64,000 bases of DNA from Ramazzottius varieornatus. Its lineage: Eukaryota > Animalia > Tardigrada. The notes below the pieces were generated by a model, which saw only the letters and a program-made list of their open reading frames with translations, was not told where the DNA came from and did no database searches. The stretch spans positions 679,423-743,422 of the forward strand of contig BDGG01000013.1 in NCBI GenBank assembly GCA_001949185.1. The letters run 5' to 3'. Of this stretch, positions 12,904-26,000 are shown piece by piece. Each line of letters begins with the position of its first letter. The stretch's first letter is position 1. Both the position numbers and the translations under genes were made by a program.

Positions 12904-13532
12904 TTTAAAATTTGCTCACGTGTTTACGGAACGGTGTGTTCTATTAGATGTACAGTAATTTTACCCATCTACGTGCAGCAGAAAATTGTAAGATGATGAA
13001 AAGTACTCCAATACAGACCACCACCATTGATATTATATTTTATCTGACAAGTTTGTGAATTAGTTCGATCTGGAGTTGCTGATAAATCGAGCCATCGATC
13101 GAGGTAGAATTGTTTCGCTGTCCTCATCGGTGATAGCTGTACCACACTAAATCAAGCAGATCCAGGAGCCGTTATGTGGAAGATCTCGAGGCAATGGTTT
13201 CCGACCATCGCTGGTCGGAACGATATCTGAAATAGGAGAAATGGAACAGCCGTGAGGCAAATATACAGTAGTACATGCCAGAGAGTGTTTTGACATGACG
13301 CGGCTGGACCGTCAGACTGTAGTTTCACACCACCATCTCACATGACAGCCTGTCAGTCAGCCATCGACTTGGTTTGACTCTTCGACTGGTCGAGCCGTCC
13401 AGTGAGTCCGGATCGGACTTGCAGGTTTAATCAAAGCCGAAACCGAATCGAGCGAGGGGAATCAATAACCCGGGCCGACCCCACCGTCAACAATGAATGA
13501 TAATCAAATGGTTAACCGAACGAAATCAACAA

Positions 13533-13664
13533 AATTCGCTGCTTCAGCGCAGTACGTACACGTACATGACGATGCACTCCCGTAGGGGAGTGAACAGGCA
13601 GTAAAGCCGGACAGAGGTTGTACTTTATGTGTACGTTGACGTACTGCAGTCATTTTTTACAGTA
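13533..13664. mobile_element. Degraded copy of pogo-related MITE family A
   Basis: Shares ATTCGCTGC..CGCAGTACGTACA.GTAC.T.ACGATGCA.CCC.GTAGGGG with the copies at 13873 and 52062. Ends TTTACAGTA. Confidence 0.6.
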
Positions 13665-13872
13665 CCATAGCTATAGTAAATTGTTATTGAACTGGCATGA
13701 ACTCCAACAAGATTACTTTGAAGATGGACGTTCGGTCCCTGACTGTTTAAAATAACACAACCCATATGCATTCCACCGGAAAAATTTCTTTTAAGCGAGA
13801 ACGAACATGATCTTGACTAGGTACAGATGGCGGCACTGGTACGGTATCTTTCAGGCGGTGCGAAAAATGCTG

Positions 13873-14023
13873 TACTGTAATTATATTCGCTGCGTCCGCG
13901 CAGTACGTCATCGCACAAGTGAAGTACAGCCCCGGTCCGGTTTCACGGATTGCGCAACCCCCTACAGGGGTGCATCGTCACGTACGTGTACGTACTGCAC
14001 GGAAGCAGCGAATATTTACAGTA
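13873..14023. mobile_element. MITE family A (TA-flanked, CTGTA termini)
   Basis: TIRs TACTGTAA..TATTCGCTGCGTCCGCGCAGTACGT / ACGTACTGCACGGAAGCAGCGAATATTTACAGTA. A closely similar inverted copy lies at 52062-52208. Confidence 0.85.
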
Positions 14024-14045
14024 ACTGCTAGCACACGCAGGTATC

Positions 14046-15137
14046 AGTGTTATTCTACTAACGGTTTTGGAATTTTATTGTCTATTACAATTAGTAAAAT
14101 TTTTCCTCAAACCGTAATTTTAATTGTTGCAGGTTTGGATTGGCTGAATCCTCTATTATCTATTAATTTTAATTACATCTGGAACTCTAATTGAAATTAT
14201 TTTAATTATGGTCCGTCTGTAAGTTTGTATTAACCGGGTAATCAGCAGGGATATGTTTCCGTTGTTATGTCATCTTGTTCAGATAGTATGTCATTCCACA
14301 TGTCCATCAAAATTTTCTGTCTGTATTTTCTCGTGTCCTCTACGCCGTTCTCGCACCACTCTCCAGCTTTTCTTCCTGCTATCTCGTTTGTTTGCAAGGG
14401 CTGTCCTCAGATTATTACGGAACAAGGACTCGGAAAACAGCTTGTTCATCCCAAAGGAAGTTGGATTCTTCAGGTATTGGTAGCGCGAGCTGTAGGTCTC
14501 TTTGCCATCTCAAGAATCTGACCGCACACCGCATGCCGTTGTTCTGTCGCGGTGGAGAAGCTGGGTGATTATTTAAAGAGTGTGGGATACTACGGATTGA
14601 AGCTCGAATCTACAGCAAACGTGGTTTCGCTGGTTTCCGTTTGACGTTAGTTACAAAAGTAAGAGTAAACTCGTACGAGACTGTACAATTTGGAAAACCA
14701 TTGGCGAATCATACTGTAAGTCCTGCTATGCTGTCGTGCTGTATGTTTCTTCGCTTCTTTGCAGGCAAAGCAGAGATGTCCACTGTGTCTGCTCTCTTGA
14801 AGGACACCATAGGAAGCTCGAAGAGCCTGAAGATCTCTGCTGACGATAATATTTACTAAGGGATTTTCGTGGTACAATTCACTGTGGATTTGCTAGGCAT
14901 CTTGCCATAATTAAAGTTCGAAGCCCAGCTCTTCCAAATTTTAATTATTTTAATTGCTGCAAGTACGGATTTTAATTACCTATTTTACTATTGACTTGTG
15001 GGTCTAATTTTACTGTAATCTTACTATATAGTAAAATTCGTCGTCTCGATTTCATAATTTTAATTATTATAGTAAAATTCAAAAGTCCCGGTTTTCGGCT
15101 ATTTTCAATTATCTATTTTCATTAGTAGAATAACCCT
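14046..15137. mobile_element. Probable non-autonomous TIR element with AT-rich subterminal regions
   Basis: AGTGTTATTCTACTAA ... TTAGTAGAATAACCCT inverted ends; AT-rich TAATTTTAATT/AGTAAAATT repeats inside both ends. TSD not clean. Confidence 0.55.
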
Positions 15138-16200
15138 CTAGATACCAGGCACTCTACCCCGGCAGGCGACCAGGGGGAAATATCAGACACCCCACTTTGT
15201 GACTGGCTGAAGCGGGGAGGGGGTGGTCTTTAACAACCAACCACCGCTCATCCACATAACAGATCTCAGGGTACCGCACGTTTGCTCCACCCCCTGTAGC
15301 CGCAAACTGCGCCGCTGAACGAATCAGTACACCGAACGTTCACAATTTTTCTCGTGACCACCGGACAGTCGGCACTCACAATCCACAGCTTGCATTCTGT
15401 GAGGGAATTTTTTCGCTGTCTTTCCAATTCTTTTTTAGGTGTTTTCATCGGACGAAACTTGCACAAAAAATTAAATTCCCACATCAATCAAAATCTAACC
15501 GGAAAACAAAAATACTTTTGTGCTGATGGGGAAAAATAATCGGCGTTTGTTTCATCCGTACATTAATCCAATGTTTTCTACAGGGAAAGATGAAAAAATG
15601 TCGTTCAAAGAAACGCCATACGAAATTTTTTCCAGCGGTTTAACTCTGCGCTGGGACACTGAGTATCCTCCGTAGTAGCCAAGGTGTTAAAGCCAGTCAG
15701 ACTTTCAATAGCAGGAGCAGATGCACCTCGGACTGGCCATCTCGCGTTCCGCTTCTTTGCCAATGAATCCAGTGATAAGAAGAGTCACCGATACCGCTAG
15801 TGTCACGGTCTGCGGACAAAATACATCACAATTAACACTAGTGCTCCGAAAGTGGTTTTCTTCCGAGATGCGTCATATCGTCTGATGTTGGCTGTGTTTT
15901 ACTATACCTACTCCGGCAAGAAGCCCTCTTGTGTACGACAACAGCCCTGCTCCTGTAATCGAGCAAACATGAACGCGCGTGCGCTTTCTGAGCAGCTCCA
16001 ACTGCCCAGCGAGATCCATGTGCTAAAACAGACAACAAAAACTTTACAGGACAAACGTTGATTGAAATAAGTTTGTTCAGGTATTCGTGTAACCGTGGGG
16101 GAGGCAAGAACTGTCACATTTACCGAGGTGGAGTGGTAGTTTTCAGAAATCTTGCGCTCAACTTGGACCACCAGCTCGTAGAGAGCGCTGCTTAGCAGTA

Positions 16201-18392
16201 ATGTCTCATCGTGAAAAGGGGAATAACCCTACCAAGGCCACCAGACGCCCACGCGACTACAAGACCTCGGATCCTGAGTCGTCAAAACCCATACCGGACT
16301 ACTTCAAAGCGGTAGTCAGCCGTACAAGGGAGGAATCGTGTAAGAAAACCAAGCTTTCTGTTTGCCGATTACTTTCCCGTTTATCGATATTTCCTTAGCA
16401 GTCACTTACATTTTTCTGTGCTTTGCAGACTGGGTCCTGTTTCAGTACGATTACGGGGTGTACTACTTTCTAGCACCGCCCAAGATCACTCTGGACATAG
16501 TAAAGCCTCTTTTTCGAGAAATTAATTCCTTCAAGGAAAAAGAGATATTGCAGTAAGGGATGAAGGTGCGCTTGTTCTACACTCATGTCTATCCTGTCAG
16601 CAAAGCAACGGTCATTGATGTGAGTAAGGACCAGGACAGGATGAACGCTTTGTTCGACACACTGGACAATGCAGCGAAGGAGCAGAAAAAGAAACGAAAG
16701 GTACTTGTGATTTAACGCTCTTGTCTTAGGCGGATAACGCGCTTGTGCTAGACTTCGCTCTATCCGTATCAATACTGGAATATTATTCACTGTTCCGAAG
16801 ATACTTTGTACGGTGTCTTCTTCTAGAGACCAGACAGGAAGCCTGCCCCAGCCTCGAGGATGACACATGTCAACAGAGCCGAAGACAACAAGACCAAACG
16901 AAAGAAATTGAACGATGAGAGATCAGGTGTGGTTTCCGTGGGGAGAGGTCAAGTCGCTTCCCCAGAAGTTTCTGAACGAGAGGCAGACTCCACCGGCGAT
17001 GACAGTGCTCCAGGTCTCATAACCCATCTCAAGTGGAAAAGCAGCTCTCAATTGTGTACTGGAAGCACAAAGCTACGGAGCTCGGACTCTCCCTTTTCTA
17101 GTGGAGATGAGGAACTGGACACAGAATTTCCGGTAAGTTTGCAATATTTGTTGGTACAGTTGTTTGGGATTGAATAAGGGTCTTTGGTAGTCCACTCAGA
17201 AGCCACGTCAACGCTCGGAGGATAGCGCATCACGAAAGCCTGGATCGCCTCTCCACATCAACGCCTGCAATGCCGAAGAAAAGGATCCCGACGAAATCTT
17301 CAACGAGGCCGATTCCAGTGATAGCGATTATCACCCTTCCACAGATCCTAACTGAAGAAAAAGTAAGCGAACTTACAGTCCGCTTCAGCCGCAGTACTCT
17401 TCCATTCTGTGCTTGGTTTGTTTCTTGAAGAGACTAGGTTCATCGACAGCGAAGACAGGGATAGTGTCAGCATCTCCGGGAGTGCCAAATATGGAGGTAA
17501 ACGGCTTACCAAATTTCGATTAATTTTGCGCGCAGTTCGGCTATTGTGTTCGCCTCCTTTGCACAAGCGAAAACAGCGGCGGTAAGAATGGAGATACAGC
17601 GGAAGACTATACTGCAGAGAAGACTGAGGAATTTGTTCGGAAACGGGAGGAATTGCTGAAGGAAGCTGAAAGTGAGTGCCAAAATAATATTGCGTGATGC
17701 AGTGTAGAATTAGCTTAGCTATGAAAACTCCTCGAATAGAAATGAAAGTCTTTGCTTATTTGTGGCTCATCATAGTGATCAATCGGATTTTGAAATCAGC
17801 GAGACATTCCAGACCATCACGCAAGCCCAAGATACAAGATGAAAATCACCTCTGTTCGGTTCCTCGAGTGTATCAGTCTAATGATAGTATCGTATTACAG
17901 TTCCGGCCATCAACTGGTCATTCAACGCAGATCCAGCAACAGTCGACCGCACTCTGTTCCAGCGACTGCAGCCAAAGTCTCCAATATGGGTCAGACAAGC
18001 AAGATTGAAGCAAGCGCAGAAAGCGCGAAGGACATGGACAACTACGCACGAAAGCTGATGTGGAAAGTCTTGATCCCTGACGATGATATTATCGCTCTCT
18101 TAAAGACGAAGACGAAAAGCGTGGGGTTTGCGAAGCTTTTCGGCCCGGAGAACTTCACGTCGTTTTACGGTAAGCCTGTTGTAACGCAACCAGACCACTT
18201 TCTTACTTTTGACAGTCGTTTTTCTTTGCAGATCACGTTCTCAAGTTCAAGAAAACCAAGGAAGGATTGACGGGAGGAAAGTGGAATAACCAGATAACAT
18301 CCGAAGTTGAACTACGTAAACGATTCATTAGCACTTTCGATCGCAAAATGTCTCGTGTACTTAAGCACACTGAAAATCCACAATCCGACTAG
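16201..18392 (+). CDS. Multi-exon orphan protein with a C-terminal BEN-like helical domain
   Basis: In-phase GT-AG joins (..EES|YWVLFQYDYG..EIL|HKATVIDVSKD..KKKRK; ..NYARKLMWKVL..FTSFY|DHVLKFKK..ELRKRFISTFDRKMSRVLK..*). Ser/acidic disordered middle and basic NLS-like runs. The BEN call is by pattern resemblance only, and the middle exons are not fully resolved. Confidence 0.55.
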
Positions 18393-20096
18393 TTCTTCCT
18401 TTCAATGGCTTCTTCCTCTTTGGTCCTTAATGCTAGAAATCGATCTGTATGGACAATTTTCAATTTTGAATTTTGTAGCCATCCATCGGCTTACTATTAC
18501 GAGCTGGTTCACCAGCCGAATAGAAACCTGAGGGATCACGAAATTTTCGTGGTTTATCTCCTCGTAGATGACTTTCATCAAGCGTTTTCTCATTAGTGAG
18601 TCTCGCGAAACAAACCTCACGCTACACTTCCACGTTCACTTTTCTCGTGGTTGGTATCTGCATTGCATTTCCCGACACCGACAAATTTTCTCTACGTTTA
18701 ACGACCTTTTTTGATAAGAGAAATCCGTCTATCAGAAAATACGATGGAAAGTCATGAATGGCGCCAATCAGGATCTTTGTGATCGATAGGGGTAGTAGTT
18801 CTTCCATAAAAAATCTTGAACGTAGTTATGAGAAACATACATCCAAACAGGCAACTGGATCGTGCAGTGGGGAACGGTTCTGAGCGCTATGCAGTGTCAT
18901 TGCTTTCTGCCGACACGCCCAGTTGTTTGCACGCGTTATAACGCATCCCCTTCGGTAACCAGTTCGGACCTTTGCACTTACCCGAGTCATTTTTTGACAG
19001 TGTACTAAGTTCTGACGTACAGTGAATAATATTAATTTTCGATCTTCCCTACAGGGTAACACCTAAAGGATTTATAATGCTCCTGGCTACGAGCGCAGTA
19101 CTTGGTGTTTTTTTATCATGTGACCAGGTGTCAATCATTTGTGGAAAATGGCTTTCGGACTTCGAGTAGTTCTCAGTTTTTCTGTAGATGTTAATAGTGG
19201 AAAAAACGATAAAATAGAACAAGTTAAATATTCGTCCTGGAAGCTTTGGTGTCGTTATGGAAGTTGCTGTTGTTTCAAGATTCGATAAGGAGAACAAGCG
19301 AAATATATGTAAACGGGAATACAGTCATAATTCTCACTAACTGAATGCGTCGCAGCCAAGGCTATGCATTCCTAATTCCGATCCTTTCCAGGAATTCCTC
19401 TCTGTTGCAAGGGGTGAGGATTTATTAGAAAAACGGTGGATTTCCATTGTGGGAAACTGGCGAAGTCTGGAAAACTAGTAGGAAACCCAGAAGGAATTCC
19501 CCTATTTTTCCAGGTTTTGCAAATATGTTTAGCGTGTCACTTGATGAACGGTCTGTCGAAACCCCGAAAAGGCTTGTTTCGTGGGATGCGCGGTCAACTG
19601 TAACCTTTGAGGGTTGGTAAGGGATGTTTCGAGGTAGACATTGCTTCTTCCACATGGTACAAGCATCATTCGGGTAAGTTCAGCTATTCACATGACAACC
19701 GAAGGTTTGCTTCTAGCCTGATCAAAATGCGAACTGCCATACAAGATGTGATACTCATTCCAATAAAATGAAACGTTATTGGACAGGGATTCGGTTATGT
19801 GATTGGATTACTCGGTAAAGCAAATTACTTCAGCTCTGCTTGCCCGTAAAGCATCAGTAAATTATCACGAAGTACTGTACAGGCATTACGGCCGGTAAAA
19901 TCTTAACGTGACGGCGTTACCTATAGATATTACTGTCATTGTAGTCGGCCCGTTTGCCACACAGCATCCGCATTTCGCTGTTTGGCACCTTGTTATTGTA
20001 AGATCCATGAAAGAATGAAATGAATGACGTGCAGCCCAAGTCAGACAAATTATAATCCCATCATAGGAAATTTATACCGGAATCGTGTTAAGCAAC

Positions 20097-23000
20097 TCAG
20101 AAGGAAGTCGTGCTCCTGTACGATGTACTGTCATCCCGACCTTCAAACGAATCGTTCCGTCCGATATGAAAAACTTGTGCGGCATGGGGCTTCTCCATTG
20201 GGTCCTGCGAAATTCCCCTTCGCGAATCTAGCGTTCTAACGTTGAGTTTTCTGGCGTTAAGGGTTTCGTGGATAGACATGGGCATGGCAACAGTAGTGGC
20301 CGGTTGCTGCTCGGCATTTCGTTGAATAGCCAAGAAGCGCTTTCGGAAAATGATATCGAGAGTGGACACCGCTGCTTTTCGGCCAAGATCCATGGTCGAG
20401 GCACTAGTCTCAGCGTCGAAATCTTTGGCGTTCTTCAAGGACTGCAGTTCTCTTGCCACCTGAATGGCGTTTTCGCGAAGGTAGTCGAAACCGACACGCT
20501 TCTTATTCCGGCAGCAAGAAAGCTCCGTGCTGAAAAACAGATAAATCTGATAAAACTAGCTGTAGTGCATGATAAAGAAGGAGCGGGAAACAATCTTGGG
20601 ATAATTGTTATCCTCCCAGCACTGTTTACCGGTGTTCCATATCAAGATTAATTTTGGAAAAGTTTTTCCTAGTCTGCCTACCCTGCAAGAAGGTTGGAGA
20701 AGGTTCCCCAACGATGCATTAGCATGGCGACGAACTGAACAAGCATTAGCAGGAAGAAGAACAGAAGGAAGGCGATGCCGGTGGGCTCGATTTGCACGGT
20801 GACTGGTTTCTTCGCGGTTCCTCCGAAGGGACTGACGACCCATATGAACAAGTCGTCGCGTCGAAGTTCAAGTAAAAAGACCATCAGGATGAATAGGCTG
20901 TTGATCATCAGAAAGCCGAGGGAAAGTTTGTTGCGGAACTTCTTCATCTGTTCCACCATGGCAGCTTCGAGACCAGCATTGGTACCGGCGAGTGGGCTAA
21001 GGTAGGTGGTGATGAGCTCCCGCCAGAACGAGGCTTCGATCACCTCGAGTGTTTCGGGTTCGGCGCGGATCAGGTCTTCGTCGTCCATCCAATGATCGTT
21101 CTCAATTACTACGGGACCTGATGGATCGGTCAAAGCTAAAAACGGAAACGAAAGTTACCGTTCAACCATGTCTCAACGCCAACATTACTAGTAATCGTAA
21201 CGCGATAAACTGCAGGAACAGACTGCCGAAAGGTCCGAATTTTGACCTTAGACAGTCCTAACCAAGCGGGATTCTACCCATTATTCTGCGGGTATCTGCG
21301 GAACTGCACTGGGTCTGCGCTCGTTGTCGAATCGGCATTCGGAAACGTCCTCTGGTGATAATGAATTGAGAATCAGTATGAAGGCTTAGTACAGTAATCT
21401 CTCCCAAAAGTATATTAGGTCGTCACTCAAGCGAGCTTTTACAACTTTTCCAGCTGTAATGTGTATAGGTTTGCTTGAGTGACGTGATGTACTCTTGGGA
21501 AAAGTTATTGTAGGTCCTTTCGTGGTCATGTTTTCTGTTCAGTAGAGATTAGCAACCTACAGAGCAGCCATTCGGTGAGTTTGTCATTGTTGACATTCTT
21601 CCCGAATTTCTCGTAGAATTCTTCCGTCGATTTTACAGCCGTCCGTACGGTGGAAACAGAGAAGTTGGCTGAGGCTTCGGATATCTGGTCCCAGTCTTGC
21701 TGGGGAGCCATATTCAGTGGCATGCTCAGTCCGTCAGGTGGCGGCACTCTTGGCCTGAACCCCTGCAAGCCCATCCGTCTGGCTCTAAGTCGGTGTTCCA
21801 ACACCTGCAGCTTCTTCCCTAGCTGTAACAGTTCCCTTCCTATCAGGTCACCGAACGGTCCTTCCAGCGGACTGATGTCAGGTGGAGGACAACAAATAAT
21901 CCCACAGAATTTCCCACAAGCGAAACTGACACTTTTCTTCCCATGTGGAAGAAACTTCTTCATCTCCTCAATCACATCAATGGACGGTACTTTGTGCGCA
22001 TGGGGACTATTGGGATCGATTTGGGCTTCTTTGGCAATCTGCTCCCATCGTTCGATCTGACGAGCCATCTGTTCGTCCTCGTCAGGCTTGGTGATACCGT
22101 TGGCCAGGTGGAACGTGCAGAGGGAATGGATGATGGTGAAGAGGTAGGTGGTGGGTATGGCGATGAAGTAGATGGGGGCAAAAGCAATGTTCCACATTTC
22201 TTGTGGATGGAAGACGGCGGGAAGGACGGTGGAGAAAATGAAGGCGACCATGAAGATGGAGACTGGTGACGCAGAGAACCAGGAGTGGTGGAGTTGAACG
22301 GTGGCACTGATGAGCACAGCTAACATGACCAGTCCGTATCCCGCACTGAAAATCCTCATGACGATATCCTACCAAAAAGCACTCGTACCAACATCAGTCT
22401 CATGATCAATGTACGTACAGTCTCACAATGGACATCAAGTGGGAAAAACGGGAACTGCAGCTTGAAGCCAGTTTATACTTCCCTGTCTTGATATATTGGG
22501 TTCGCTAGCAAACTGGCTAGAAAAACTGACACGAAAAAATTTCACTGATTGCTCCTGTAAGAAGCTCTTCTTTCTGGCCTTCTATCAATGCTTATACAAG
22601 GAGAAGAGAGCGGATAGTCAAACGTGCAGCGCCTACTCTCTCTTTTTCTGTTGATGACAAGTTCGCCATGCGATTTCGCACTGACAAGTCCGCTGTATTC
22701 TCCTTGTACCCATCCATGCGCTGCTAAACCGAGCACTGCTGAGTTGATCGACAATCAGTACTGGGCTGCTTGGTTTAGCAGCTCGAAAGTGCTTGTGCCA
22801 AGTATTTTTCTATGACCAGTCATTTTCCAGCAGATATACAGTAGCTTTGTCGGTATACAACAGTACCGGAGCAGATTTGAACTGGTTGTTCGGCCTACCT
22901 GGAGTTTTGGTGAGCCGAAGACGCAGATGGTCAGAAATATCGAGACCGGTCCAAGGTTGGAAGCCAGAGCCAAGAACATGTTCATCTGGAACAAATCGAC

Positions 23001-26000
23001 AAGCGACGTCACGATGACCAGGAAGACTGTGCCGCAAGCAAAGATGGACGACACCAGCGCCATCATCAGATATCCAATGTAAATTATTGTGACATGTTCA
23101 TTCCGATGTAGCACATTAGAGTACTGGCCAACAATGTCGGCCATGGCGGCCAGCTGCAGCGGGACGTCCCTCTGCGTCTCTTTGATGTATGCCGCGAATG
23201 TCTCGGGCACGTGCAGCATCACGTCGACCGCCGCGCAGTACTCCACTTTGTATCCTTTCTTGACCATGAGTGAACATAGCCATTGTTCGTTGCCCAGACG
23301 GAACTGGATGAACTCTTTGGCGTCCTCGGGTATCATGGCGAACTTCTTGGTGACATTGTCGTCCATTAGAGCTGAGGCGCGGAACATGGTGAAACCTGCG
23401 CGAATTCGCAGCAGAGAACCGAGCATGTGCTCGGTAGCTTGGTCCAGCCAGTACCGCATGGAGTACTCGAACATCTGATACCTACAAAAGTAACGTAGAA
23501 AAATGTTGCTCATGGTTCCACAGCTTCTTCCAGGTCATAATATTATCTCGATTGGTGCAGAAACGATTCAATATCCTTTATTCTTGCATGCGTCTAAGCG
23601 TTTAGGAAGGTTAGTTTCTGATGCGAAGTCACGTCGTGAGGAATCAGAGCAACTAATTACCAGACAATGGGACCGGTACCGGTCGGTCGCAGTCGACAAG
23701 TGGTTGCTCCAATATGTTTGGCTTGCTTGAGGGTGTCGAGCAGTCGAGTGACCGCCGAGGGCTTGAACCTCACCGCACCCGAGCAGAACAGGACGAACGA
23801 GTTGTGGGCAAAGTGCTCTTTGCGTTCAAGCTCATTAGGCAATTGCATTATCTTGTGACCCAGCACATAATAGAGTGCCATGACTTGAGACCATCGGTCG
23901 CCAGTCCGCATCAGGTTAGGATCCTTCAGATGCGCTGTACAACTGTTCCCACCGGGCAATATCCACTTCAGTTGTGCCCCATACGGCGTGGTAATCTTCT
24001 TCGGCGACCTCAGCTCGATGTTCAGCCCGTGAACCGCAGAAGCTGCTTCGTCGAAGGTTTGGATTAGATGAGCGGCCTGACGATCCAGCATGCGTTCTCC
24101 GCGAAGTGTGTCCATGAGGAAAGCGTGCTCGAAAAAGAGGTGGCATTCCATCTCGAAATAGTCGGGATCTGTATCGATGAGGAACTTCAGGGCGTTACGG
24201 CGAGCGCACTGTTCTTCGTCGAGAAGTAGGATGGACTTGAGGCTTTCCAGCACATCGTGGTCTGTTGTGCCGTTGAGAAAGGCGCAGGTGTACAGATGGG
24301 AGGTCTTCTCGAATTTGGCCTTGGCTTTAGTGCGCGGTGATATCGGTCCTTCGTTTTGCTCGATGAGCTTGCTGAAGTTAAGGGTCTTCCGGGAAGATTC
24401 AGCTGGTGAGCGCAGTCGGTTCAAGGTGGACGACAGATCCAAGGGGAAGCTACCAAAATCCGGTAGAGCGAACAAACTGCAAAAAGTTTGCCGTTTAGTC
24501 GGTACTTTGATTCCTTCCCTCTTCGGTCTTAATGAGTGTTCTCTTCTTGCTCTTCAGGCCCACCCTGCTTTAGCTTTCAAGCTTACAACGCGTTCACGTA
24601 CAGTGTATGCTGAAGGATTCTTCTACGGCAGTCGCATTGCAGGAAACAGCCTGCTAGCTCTCGCTTACCCTCTTGTCGAAATGGTTTTTAACAGCGACGT
24701 GTATCGTGCATACGGACCGTACTCGAATTCAGAAGTATTTTCAAAACTCCAGGAAGTTTCGACTGTGTTCCTCGCTGGTACTTTTTTTTCTACCAGTGCT
24801 TACTGGTTTGTCTTTCGACGTTCCGGAACAGGCCACCAAATGTGCGCGACGGTCCACCAGTGGCTGACTAGCCACAAGAACCACAGCCAGCTGAATTGGC
24901 TCTCCAGCATATGCAAGTAGCCATATTGACTGCACTTAATGTCCACTAAGCTGGGCAGCACATCATCCATAGCACAAGGATCAGCGCGTAGCGCTTCACA
25001 GACGGCGATGGCCACTGACACTACGATCATCAAACAAGTAAACACATTACATTGCCTAACAAACAAACATTACGTGACTTATCACGTATTAAATGTCCAC
25101 TGACCTGTCGCCGGAGTGACTAAAGAGAATGGAATGGAGAAGCTGAAGACGTGAATCCGAATACGGCAAGCATACTTGGCACAGATGTTCCCCAGGAAGC
25201 CCGCTGCGGAACAGATGACTGCGATCAGGAGAAAAGCAGCGTTGGGCTTCCAGAACCAAAAACGTTGTCGACGCTCAATGAACGTCCCGTTAACCGTCCT
25301 TCCGCCCAATTCAACCGAGCCAGTCCCGGTAAAAACATTCTTCAGGTCGAATATATTAACATCATAGTATCCTACGATCATAACATTGCATAAATATTCG
25401 TAGAAAAATTCCAAAACCATGTCTACCTCCGCCTAAAAAGCTCATGAGAAAAGCGTATTGTGAAAGCTCCGGAAAGAATTCGGGTTCTCCAAGTTCATTT
25501 CCTCTGTGTAACAAATATTTCTCCACTTATTCACCGGAAGATAGGGCATGCCAGGCAGCAATCCATCCCAACACCACGATGATTTTCCACAGCGACACGA
25601 ATAAGTATATTTTGGTCTGTGTCTGGTCGATGTTAGTGCGATGACGAGAAAGCCAGCGGACAAAGGAAATTGGTGAGTCAGTAGAAACGTAATTTTCCCA
25701 CCAGCGAACGGAGATCAGTATGAGCGAGACCGGCAGTGTCCAGCTGTATATCCCACTTTCCGATAAAAGTCCGAAGAGTAAAGCAGAGAACTGACAGGCG
25801 AACGCTACTACATCGAGGACGATTTGTAGTGCGAAGTACGAGTTTGCTCTGCTGCGGCTGAATATGGCGAGTATTGTGGGTAGGAAACACAGAGCACTGG
25901 TCAGCATTAACCCGGATGTAATGTCGGTGTTGGGAAGAACTTCAAAGAGGAACAAAAGAGTCCCGAGCAGGTGTAGCGTCTCCGTGACGAAAGCCTGCAG

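Noticed and set aside
15639-15690. TTAA-bounded segment with a piggyBac-like end (GTAGCCAAGGTG-TTAA)
   Set aside because: No matching inverted terminus found in the window.
21650-24920. Long plus-strand ORFs (up to 247 aa) antisense to the CHS-like gene
   Set aside because: Shadow ORFs of the coding strand, with no domain signal.
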